Of a stretch of 64,000 bases of DNA, positions 56,308 through 64,000 are shown in pieces. A program made the position numbers and the translations under genes. The notes under the pieces were generated by a model. The model was not told where the DNA came from. It made no database searches and was given only the letters and a program-made list of their open reading frames with translations. The stretch lies in the NCBI GenBank assembly GCA_038747035.1, contig JBCDKB010000001.1, positions 2,029 through 66,028 of the forward strand. The letters are read 5' to 3'. This stretch comes from Acidobacteriota bacterium. GTDB lineage: Bacteria > Acidobacteriota > Thermoanaerobaculia > Multivoradales > J023. Every line of letters starts with the position of its first letter. Within the stretch, counting starts at the first letter, position 1.

Positions 56308-59300
56308 ATGGATCTCACGGGACGCACTATCGGGCAGATCCGCTTCGACTCGCTGATCGGAAGGGGCGGCATGGGGGCGGTTTACCGCGCCTTCGATCTG
56401 CGCCTCAAACGTCCGGTGGCGGTCAAAGTGCTGCGCGACCATAGTCGCCGCGCCGCCGAAGCGCGCGGGCGCTTCATGCGCGAAGCCCGGCTCCTGTCGC
56501 AGCTCGACCACCCCGGCATTTGTCGGGTCTATGACCTGATCGTGCATCCGGAAGGCAATCTTCTGGTCCTCGAGCTGATCGAAGGCCAAACCCTCCGTGA
56601 GGTCGAGCCGAGCACCTGGCCCCTCGCCCGCCAGCTGGAGTTGGCCCGCGATATCGCCGATGCGCTGGCGTCCGCCCACCGCCAGCTGATCCTGCACCGC
56701 GACCTCAAGCCCGACAACGTCATGATCGCCGAGGGCGGTCAGGTGAAGCTGCTGGACTTCGGCATCGCCCGGCCCCTCGACGCATTCCGCGCGGGGGACC
56801 TCCAGAAAGAAGAAATCCACGGCGACGACGTGCTGGGCGAGGTCGCGACCGACGACGACGGCCGGCACGGCGGCGATCCCTTAGAAGCGGCCAACCCCGA
56901 CGACGAGATCACGCTCTTCGCCGGCGCCTTTGCTCCGCTCAAAGAGGCGGCGGGGCGGCCGGACCCGCCGTCGCCCGAATCCCCGCGGTCCCCGGATCCG
57001 CCGTCCGGCGAGACATTCCACACCCTCCGGGGCACCACCGTCGGCACCGTCGCTTATATGAGCCCGGAGCAAGCCCTCGGCCACGACCTGACGGTGGCGA
57101 GCGATATGTACGCCTTCGGCGTGCTGCTCCAAGAGCTCTTCACCGGCCGGCGCGCCTACCCGAAGGCGGGCCTTTTGGAGCTCTTTCAACGGGTGGCGAA
57201 GGCGGAGCTGGAGCCGATCCGCGGGGTGGACGGCGATCTGCGGGAGCTGATCCTCGCCCTCGAACGCCGGGACCCGAAAGCTCGCCCTTCGGCGGAAGAG
57301 ACCCGCGACCGTCTGCAGGCACTGATCGATCGACCGGCCCTCAGGCGACGCCGTCAAAGGCGCTGGGCGGCGGCGATCGCGGCCCTCGCTCTGATCGCCG
57401 CAGCGGCCGGCGCGATCGTCTTCTCGCGGGCCGAGAGCCGACGCCAGGCGGAGATGGCGGAGCGATTCTCCCGCCAAGCGAGCGCGGTGGAATGGCTGCT
57501 GCGGGCCGAGCACCTCAGTCCCGCCCACGATATTTTGCCGGCCCGCCGCGACGTCGAAGCCCAGCTCCAGAGCCTCGCGGACCAGCTGCCCGGCACCGGC
57601 CAGCTCGGACGCGCCGCCGGCCACTACGCCCTCGGCCGCGCCCACCTCGCCCTCGGCGACGTCGAGGCCGCCCGCCGCCATCTGCAGGACGCCTGGGACG
57701 GCGGCTACCGCGGACCCGAGGTTGACGCTTACCTCGGCTTGGCCATGGTCCGCCTCCACGAGCTCTCGAGCGAAGAGGCGCTGCGCCTACCCGAGGGGCC
57801 GCGGCGCCGTGAACGGCTCGAATCTCTCGACCTCGAGCTGCGACGCCCGGGCATCGAGCGGCTCAAGTCCGGACGCTTCGCCGGCTCCACCGCCGACGGC
57901 CGCTCGACGATTCTGGCCATCGAGCCCGAGCACTATCCGCGGGCCCTCGTCGCGGTCGGCGAAGGTCGTCTCGACGACGCGCTCGATCACGCCCGGGCCG
58001 CGGCGAATAAGTGGCCCTGGTTTTACGAAGCGCACCTCTTGGCGGCGCAGATCGACCAGCGGCGGGGCCATGCCCAAGTCGACGCCGGGGACGTCGGCGC
58101 CGCGACCCTCGCCTTCATCGCCGCCCGCGGGCGGGCCGCCGTCGCCGCCGACATCGCCCGCAGCGATCCCCGGGTCGCGGTTGAGCAGTGCCTGATCGAG
58201 CGCACGCTGCTCGACCTGGAGATCAGCCACTCCCACCTCTCGCCGGAGAGGGTCCGGGAGATTTTCCGCCTCGGCGAAGCGGCCTGCCGCCGGGCGGTGC
58301 TCTTCGACGGCGAAGACAGCCGCGCCCTCGGCCTGCTCGCGTCGATCCTGCAGCGCGGCCTCGAAGCCAGTGACGTCGGCGAAGACGACCCCCGTCCGAC
58401 GCTCACCGAAGCCGCCCAGCACGCCCGGCGTGCGGTCGAGCTCGACCCGGACGACGCCGCGTCGTGGAAGTCCCTGGGCGACATCTTTTCGATGTACGCC
58501 GACTGGGAATTCTTCCGCGGTATCGACCCGACGGCGGCGATCGGGCAGATGCAGACCGCCTACGAACACGCCGTTCGTCTCGACCCCGTCGAAGGTCGAT
58601 ACCTAAACGCCCTCGGCAACGCCGTATGCTTCCGCGCCGAAGTGCTCGCCCAGCGCGGCGGCGACCCGCGGCAGCTCTTCCGGGCGTCCGCCGATGCGCA
58701 CTTGGCGAGCCACGAGCTGAGCTCCAGCGGCGTCGGCAATCTGGCGCTCAATAACCTCGGCGTGTGCTTGGTGCAATCGGCCCACTACGAGCTCTCCGTG
58801 GGTATCGATCCGGCGGCGACGCTCGAGGAGATCGAAGCGGCCCTCGACCTCGCCCTCAGCCTCGACGACGGCACCTTCCGCTTGTGGCGCCAAGTGGCGG
58901 AGCTCCACCGCACCCGGGCCCTGCGCCAGTGGAGCGTCGGTGAGGACGGTCGGGAGTCCGCCGGACGGGCGCGCGAAGCCATCGAGCGCGCCCTCGAGCT
59001 AAAAACCAACGACCCCCACAGCCGCACCGTCGATGTCTTGCTCGACGTGCTCGAAGCCCAGCTCTACCCGCAGCGGGCGCGGCGGGTCCTGGACGGCGCC
59101 GACGCCAAGATCCAAGCCCTGCGCGACGAGGACCCGTCGTGGCTGCCGGCACTGCTCGCGCGCGGCGCCGTGGCGCGGAGCCGGCTCGCCGCAGGACTGG
59201 TCACAGGACCGGCGGCCCGTGACGAGCTCCGCGCCGGCGCGGCGGCCCTGCGGCAGATCACCGCGGCCGGCACCCGGGACGCGAGCGCCCACCTGGAGCT

Positions 59301-59583
59301 GGCTCGCCTCGCCATGGCCAGCGCCTCGGTCGTCGGCGACGATCGGGCCTGGCGCCGGGCCAAGGCGGCGCTCGACGAAGCGGCCCGGCTGTGGCCTGAA
59401 CGCCCGGATGTGCCGCTCGCCCGCGCCGCCCTCCTAAGCCAAAGCGCGCCGCTGGAGGTCGATTCGACCCTCGAGCGCGCCCGTGAGCTGCGGACCGCGC
59501 TCACCGAGACCCCGCCGACGGCCAGCTGGATGGCCGGGGCCCGGCTCGACGGCCAGACCCGGTGGCCATTCCTCAGCTATTGA
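56308..59583 (+). CDS. Ser/Thr protein kinase with a single TM and a ~700-aa TPR-like sensor domain
   Basis: GRGGMGAVYRA; VAVK; HRDLKPDNVMI; DFGIA; SPEQ. TM RRWAAAIAALALIAAAAGAIVF. Long alpha-helical TPR-like C-terminus. Confidence 0.85.
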   Translation: MDLTGRTIGQIRFDSLIGRGGMGAVYRAFDLRLKRPVAVKVLRDHSRRAAEARGRFMREARLLSQLDHPGICRVYDLIVHPEGNLLVLELIEGQTLREVEPSTWPLARQLELARDIADALASAHRQLILHRDLKPDNVMIAEGGQVKLLDFGIARPLDAFRAGDLQKEEIHGDDVLGEVATDDDGRHGGDPLEAANPDDEITLFAGAFAPLKEAAGRPDPPSPESPRSPDPPSGETFHTLRGTTVGTVAYMSPEQALGHDLTVASDMYAFGVLLQELFTGRRAYPKAGLLELFQRVAKAELEPIRGVDGDLRELILALERRDPKARPSAEETRDRLQALIDRPALRRRRQRRWAAAIAALALIAAAAGAIVFSRAESRRQAEMAERFSRQASAVEWLLRAEHLSPAHDILPARRDVEAQLQSLADQLPGTGQLGRAAGHYALGRAHLALGDVEAARRHLQDAWDGGYRGPEVDAYLGLAMVRLHELSSEEALRLPEGPRRRERLESLDLELRRPGIERLKSGRFAGSTADGRSTILAIEPEHYPRALVAVGEGRLDDALDHARAAANKWPWFYEAHLLAAQIDQRRGHAQVDAGDVGAATLAFIAARGRAAVAADIARSDPRVAVEQCLIERTLLDLEISHSHLSPERVREIFRLGEAACRRAVLFDGEDSRALGLLASILQRGLEASDVGEDDPRPTLTEAAQHARRAVELDPDDAASWKSLGDIFSMYADWEFFRGIDPTAAIGQMQTAYEHAVRLDPVEGRYLNALGNAVCFRAEVLAQRGGDPRQLFRASADAHLASHELSSSGVGNLALNNLGVCLVQSAHYELSVGIDPAATLEEIEAALDLALSLDDGTFRLWRQVAELHRTRALRQWSVGEDGRESAGRAREAIERALELKTNDPHSRTVDVLLDVLEAQLYPQRARRVLDGADAKIQALRDEDPSWLPALLARGAVARSRLAAGLVTGPAARDELRAGAAALRQITAAGTRDASAHLELARLAMASASVVGDDRAWRRAKAALDEAARLWPERPDVPLARAALLSQSAPLEVDSTLERARELRTALTETPPTASWMAGARLDGQTRWPFLSY

Positions 59584-59599
59584 GCAGCGGGCGCCTGGG

Positions 59600-60319
59600 C
59601 TACCGCAGGGTAAAAGAGACTTCCACTCGATAGAGCACCGGCACCGGCTGACCGTTGAGCACGGACGGCTCGAATCGCCACCGCGCCACCGCGTCGAGGG
59701 CGGCTTCGGAAAGGCCCAGCGGCCGGCCCGCCACCACCTTGAGGTCCACCACCTGGCCGTCGGTATCGATCGTCGCTTCGAGCACGACCGTGCCTTCTAT
59801 CCGCGCGCGCTTGGCCGGCGCGGGATAGCGGGGCTGGACATAAAAAGTCCGCTCCGGCGCCGCCAAGCGCCCGCCGACGCGGATCGGCTCCGTGGGCGCC
59901 GCGGCGACCGGTTTCGGCGGCGGCGGAGCCACGGGCAGGTCGAGGTAGGTGTCGTCGATCTCCAAAACGACGTCCGGAGCCAGATCGACGATGTAGGGAT
60001 CATCGTCGGGGTCTTGGTCCGGTACCGGGATGGAGGTCACTTTCTGCCTCAGCTTATTCCTCGGCGGCGGGTCCGGCGGCGGCGGCCGGAAGCGCGGTGT
60101 CGCCGACAGGCGAATGGCCTTCGGTTTCGCGGCGGGCTCCGCTTCCATCGCCTGCCAACTCGGGATCGCAGTGCATAGAAAGACCCCGTGAACGAGCACG
60201 GCGATCGCGCATGACACGCGGAAACTGCGGGCGTCCGCACGGTCTATCTCGACATAGGTGGAGACCACGTCTTCTTCGGTGCCGGGCGCGCCGGCGGGCA
60301 AATGTGCTGAACGTGTCAT
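59600..60319 (-). CDS. tonB: TonB-family energy transducer
   Basis: N-terminal TM; Pro-rich spacer (PPPPDPPPRN ... PPPPKP); C-terminal TonB domain (GTVVLEATIDTDGQVVDLKVVAGR). GGAGG RBS. The upstream extension to 60463 was rejected. Confidence 0.75.
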   Translation of the reverse strand: MTRSAHLPAGAPGTEEDVVSTYVEIDRADARSFRVSCAIAVLVHGVFLCTAIPSWQAMEAEPAAKPKAIRLSATPRFRPPPPDPPPRNKLRQKVTSIPVPDQDPDDDPYIVDLAPDVVLEIDDTYLDLPVAPPPPKPVAAAPTEPIRVGGRLAAPERTFYVQPRYPAPAKRARIEGTVVLEATIDTDGQVVDLKVVAGRPLGLSEAALDAVARWRFEPSVLNGQPVPVLYRVEVSFTLR

Positions 60320-60479
60320 CGTACCTCCAAGGTTTCGAGGGGGACGAGGACGGCGCCGTTCGTCGGGTGCTGGTCTAAGAGACTCGACTTCCGAAGGGAA
60401 GGTTCCCGGCGTTTTGCCCGAGGCATTTTTCAAGTGGCGTCCCAGCAGGTAAAGTCGCGCCACTTTTTAGGAGACCCCG

Positions 60480-60959
60480 ATGGAATTTACGTTTGCGCAG
60501 CTGCGTGAAGCCGAGAAAGTTGACCTCGGCGCCAGCAGCTGGATGCCGATCGATCAATCGCGCATCGATGCCTTCGCCGAGGCGACCGATGATCGCCAGT
60601 GGATACATATCGACCCGGACCGGGCGAAGAAGTCGCAGTGGGGCAACACCATCGCCCACGGCTTCCTGCTCGTCTCCGTCGTCCCGAGGCTCTTCACCGA
60701 GCTCTTTCGGGTGCCGGAGGCCAAGATGCTGGTCAACTACGGGGTCGACAAGATTCGCTTCATCCACCCCGTGCCTTGCAACAGCGCGGTCCAGCTCGCG
60801 TGCCGCATCGCTTCGGTCAAGGAACGCGCCGGCAATATGCTCGTTCGGGTTCGGGGGGAGCTGAGCTCTCGGGCGCTCGAAGACGAAGGCGACACCCGCC
60901 GCTCCGTCCTGCTCGACATCCTCTTCCTGGTGGTGCCGCCCGATCCGGAGACGGCTTAA
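60480..60959 (+). CDS. MaoC-like (R)-specific enoyl-CoA hydratase / hot-dog fold dehydratase
   Basis: DxxxxHID... motif (DDRQWIHIDPDRAKKSQWGNTIAHG) characteristic of the MaoC dehydratase. Confidence 0.8.
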   Translation: MEFTFAQLREAEKVDLGASSWMPIDQSRIDAFAEATDDRQWIHIDPDRAKKSQWGNTIAHGFLLVSVVPRLFTELFRVPEAKMLVNYGVDKIRFIHPVPCNSAVQLACRIASVKERAGNMLVRVRGELSSRALEDEGDTRRSVLLDILFLVVPPDPETA

Positions 60960-61044
60960 CCACATCGCATCAGCACAAGCCCTTTGGCTAAACAGCACTT
61001 GACCCCGCGAGGCGAGGCCAAGTGCACAGTCTCCCGCGGGAGTC

Positions 61045-61896
61045 TCAGCCCTTCTTCGGGCGCATCGCCGCGAGCTGCTGCTTCAGCTGCTCGCGCGGCG
61101 CGTTGGTGAACGCGGCGAACTCCTGGCCGATCTTCAGCCACTCGCCGCCGTCGATCGTCACGCACTCACCGTTGATATAGCTCGACCCCGGCGCAAAGAG
61201 GTAGGTCGCCAAGTCCCCGAGCTCCGACGGTTGGCCGAAGCGACCGAGCGGATTGTGCTTCTTGGCCTGCTCCATATAGCCCTCCGGCATCAGGCGCGAG
61301 AACGCACCCTCGGTCGGGAAAGGGCCCGGGGCGATCGAGTTGAAGCGAATGCCGTAGGCCGCCCATTCCACCGCCAGGGAGCGGGTCATGGCGAAGACGC
61401 CGGCTTTGGCGCAGGCGCTCGGCACCACAAAAGGCGAGCCGGTCCACGCATAGGTGGTCACGATCGATAGCACGTGGTGTCCGCCCTGGCCGCGCTCGAT
61501 CCAGCGACGGCCCAGCTCCTGGGTGGTGTGGAAAGTGCCGTAAAGCACGATCTTCACGACCGCATCGAACGCGTTCGGCGACAGATCCTCAGTGAACGCA
61601 AGGAAGTTGCCGGCCGCGTTATTGACCAAGCCGGTGATCTCACCCAGCTCGTCTTCGATGGAGTCGACGGCGGCCCGCACCGCCTGCGGGTCGCGGACGT
61701 CGGTCTGGGCGAAGGCGGCGGTACCGCCGGCCTCGCGGATCGCGGCGACGGTTTCCTCAAGCGGCTCCGCCCGCCGTCCGCAAACGCCCACCGACGCGCC
61801 GAGGGCGCCGAAGCGTTCGGCCATGGCGCGGCCGAGGCCGGAGCCGCCGCCGGTGATCAGGATTTTCTGTCCGTCGAGCACGTCGTCTTTGAACAT
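61045..61896 (-). CDS. SDR-family reductase (2,4-dienoyl-CoA / trans-2-enoyl-CoA reductase-like)
   Basis: ILITGGGSGLGRAM; NNAAGNF; the catalytic dyad region SACAKAG. The ATGA overlap places the start at MFKDD. Confidence 0.85.
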   Translation of the reverse strand: MFKDDVLDGQKILITGGGSGLGRAMAERFGALGASVGVCGRRAEPLEETVAAIREAGGTAAFAQTDVRDPQAVRAAVDSIEDELGEITGLVNNAAGNFLAFTEDLSPNAFDAVVKIVLYGTFHTTQELGRRWIERGQGGHHVLSIVTTYAWTGSPFVVPSACAKAGVFAMTRSLAVEWAAYGIRFNSIAPGPFPTEGAFSRLMPEGYMEQAKKHNPLGRFGQPSELGDLATYLFAPGSSYINGECVTIDGGEWLKIGQEFAAFTNAPREQLKQQLAAMRPKKG

Positions 61897-62993
61897 CAGG
61901 GCTCCTCGTCGGCCAGCATCTCGAAGCGGCCGATTTGTTCTTCGGTCAGGCTGCGTACGCTGCCTTGATTTTGGTAGCACCGCGTCCACTCGACGATCCA
62001 TTCGAGCGCCGCCGGCAGGGCGAGTCGCGGGCGCCATCCCAGGCGCACCCGAGCCTTCGTGGCGTCGAGCTTAAGCAGATTCGCTTCCGGCGGCTGTTCG
62101 CCCTCCGCCATCGACCACGCCACGTCCTCGCCGGTGGTTCGCTGCCACGCGTCGACCAGGGTCTTCACCACCCAGCCGACGGGCTGGGCGTCGTCTTCCG
62201 ACGGGCCGAAATTCCACCCTTCAGCCACCGACGCGCCCTCCTCGAGCAGCCTTTCGGTGAGCACCAGATACCCGTCCAGCGCTTCGAGCACGTGCTGCCA
62301 CGGCCGGATGGCGTGGGGGTTGCGGATGTGGACCTCGCGGCCGGCGAGGATGCCGCGCACCATATCCGGGATGAGCCGATCCAAGGCCCAGTCGCCGCCG
62401 CCGATCACGTTGCCCGCCCGCGCCGACGCCACCGCCGGCATGTGGCGACCGGTAAAAAACGAGTCGCGATACGACGCGGTCACCAGCTCCGCACAGCCCT
62501 TGCTGCTCGAATACGGATCCTTGCCGCCCATCGGCTCGTTCTCTCGGTACGGCCACAGCCATTCGCGATTCTCGTAGCACTTGTCGCTCGTGACCACGAC
62601 GACCGCCTCCACCCCCGGGGTGCGACGGACGGCCTCGAGCACGTGCACGGTGCCCATCACGTTGGCGCCGAAGGTCTCGACGGGCTGGTCATAGCCCGGA
62701 CGCACCAGCGCTTGGGCGGCGAGGTGGAGCACGACCTCCGGCTTCTGCTCGCGGAAGACCTTCAGCAACGCCTCGAGGTCACGCACGTCGCCGCGCACCG
62801 AGCGCATCCCTTCCGCAACGCCGGCGAGATCGAACAGACTCGGATTCGAAGGCGGCGCGAGGGCGTAGCCCGTCACCTCGGCCCCGAGGCGCTGGAGCCA
62901 TAGGCTCAGCCAGGCGCCTTTGAAACCGGTGTGCCCCGTCACCAACACCCGTCGGCCGCGCCAGGCACGGCGTCTTTGCTCGATCGCGCGCAT
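61896..62993 (-). CDS. rfbG: CDP-glucose 4,6-dehydratase
   Basis: VLVTGHTGFKGAWLSLWL (extended SDR Rossmann); YSSSKGCAEL (YxxxK). Length and C-terminus match RfbG/DdhB. Confidence 0.8.
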   Translation of the reverse strand: MRAIEQRRRAWRGRRVLVTGHTGFKGAWLSLWLQRLGAEVTGYALAPPSNPSLFDLAGVAEGMRSVRGDVRDLEALLKVFREQKPEVVLHLAAQALVRPGYDQPVETFGANVMGTVHVLEAVRRTPGVEAVVVVTSDKCYENREWLWPYRENEPMGGKDPYSSSKGCAELVTASYRDSFFTGRHMPAVASARAGNVIGGGDWALDRLIPDMVRGILAGREVHIRNPHAIRPWQHVLEALDGYLVLTERLLEEGASVAEGWNFGPSEDDAQPVGWVVKTLVDAWQRTTGEDVAWSMAEGEQPPEANLLKLDATKARVRLGWRPRLALPAALEWIVEWTRCYQNQGSVRSLTEEQIGRFEMLADEEP

Positions 62994-63122
62994 GCAGTCT
63001 CCCGCTCTAAGGCCGCCCCGCGGCGGCTGTTAGATTGACCCCCACTTTTACCACGGCCGGCCCACTCTGGGCGAGCGAAGGCGGGCCCGCGTGGGCCCTG
63101 GAAATCCCCACCTGCGACGACG

Positions 63123-63938
63123 ATGAACCTGCTCATTCTCGAAGCCCATGAACTCGACGCGGACGGCCGCGTGCACTTGACGGACCGCCGCGCGGACCAC
63201 CTGAATCAGGTCCTCCGGGTCGACGCCGGCGCCGAGGTCCGCGCCGGCGTGCTGGGTGGAGGCGTCGGCACCGCCACCGTGGAGCGGGTGGAACCGACGG
63301 GTCGACGGACCGCAGCGATCACCGTGCAGGTCAAAATTCCGCCGACCACGGCGGAGCGACCGGAGCTCGACCTGATCGTCGCCCTGCCCCGCCCCGCCGT
63401 GCTGCACCGGGTCCTGCAGCACGCCGCGACGCTCGGCGTCGGGGAGATTCATCTGATCAACGCCTGGCGGGTCGAGAAGAGCTATTTCCAATCCCCATCG
63501 CTCGAGCCCGAGGCTGTCCGCAAACACCTGTGGCTCGGCCTCGAGCAAGGGCGCCGCACGTGGCTCCCGGAGGTCCACATCCACCGTCGACTGGTGCCCT
63601 TCGTCGAAGGCCTCGGCCCACCGCCGCCCGACGTCCGTCGGCTGCTCGCGCACCCCGCGGCGGTGCCGATTGAAGACGCGGTGCCCGGTGGCGCCGACGC
63701 CCCGTGGCCGGAGCGGCTGCAGCTCGCCATCGGTCCGGAGGGCGGCTGGCGCGACCGTGAGCTCGAGACCTTCGCCGGCGCCGGTTTTGCGGCCGTCGCC
63801 CTCGGCGACTGGATCCTGCGTAGCGAAGCCGCGGTCACCGCCGCGGTCGCGCAGATCGCCCTCCTGCGTCGGCTCCGGTCGCCGGAACGACCCGCGCCGC
63901 AGGATCGTGCACGCACCACCGGCGCGAAACCTCTCTGA
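63123..63938 (+). CDS. rsmE: 16S rRNA (uracil1498-N3)-methyltransferase RsmE
   Basis: PUA-like N-terminus; C-terminus LAIGPEGGW ... E. Typical RsmE. Confidence 0.8.
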   Translation: MNLLILEAHELDADGRVHLTDRRADHLNQVLRVDAGAEVRAGVLGGGVGTATVERVEPTGRRTAAITVQVKIPPTTAERPELDLIVALPRPAVLHRVLQHAATLGVGEIHLINAWRVEKSYFQSPSLEPEAVRKHLWLGLEQGRRTWLPEVHIHRRLVPFVEGLGPPPPDVRRLLAHPAAVPIEDAVPGGADAPWPERLQLAIGPEGGWRDRELETFAGAGFAAVALGDWILRSEAAVTAAVAQIALLRRLRSPERPAPQDRARTTGAKPL

Positions 63939-64000
63939 TAAGCTCACCTCTACCGTTTATGACAACTCTCTTACGGGATCATCTCAAGCAGTTTTCCCCG

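Overview
This is a 64 kb, high-GC (roughly 70%) chromosomal segment from what looks like a Gram-negative bacterium. The gene content (TonB, sigma-54 enhancer-binding proteins, many Ser/Thr kinases, FHA, 7TM-DISM, MoxR/DUF58, HMG-CoA synthase) is consistent with Myxococcota, Gemmatimonadota or Acidobacteriota, but the phylum cannot be fixed from sequence alone. Coding density is near-complete. Because of the GC bias, almost every gene is shadowed by long spurious antisense ORFs rich in R/G/A/P, and I treated those as artefacts. The standout feature is a co-directional light-harvesting module at 13.6-19.3 kb: a xanthorhodopsin/Gloeobacter-rhodopsin-like proton-pump opsin, then a CrtI-CrtB fusion, crtY and blh, with an orphan HMG-CoA synthase downstream. 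A second candidate accessory module at 25.9-30.2 kb combines an AsnB-like amidotransferase-fold enzyme, a radical-SAM protein, a flavin-dependent-halogenase-family protein and a small DUF2007-like protein in tight translational coupling. Other contents: a ParE/antitoxin pair next to a compositionally atypical (AT-rich) PBP-like gene; a MoxR-DUF58-DUF4350-DUF4129 cluster; a Cx3C-repeat secreted cysteine-rich protein; a 7TM-DISM/PP2C receptor phosphatase divergent from a large TPR Ser/Thr kinase; and housekeeping genes (mnmA, alr, aroC, fdhD, metB-like, pabBC fusion, rsmE, CDP-glucose dehydratase). I found no tRNA, rRNA, CRISPR array, transposase or integrase.
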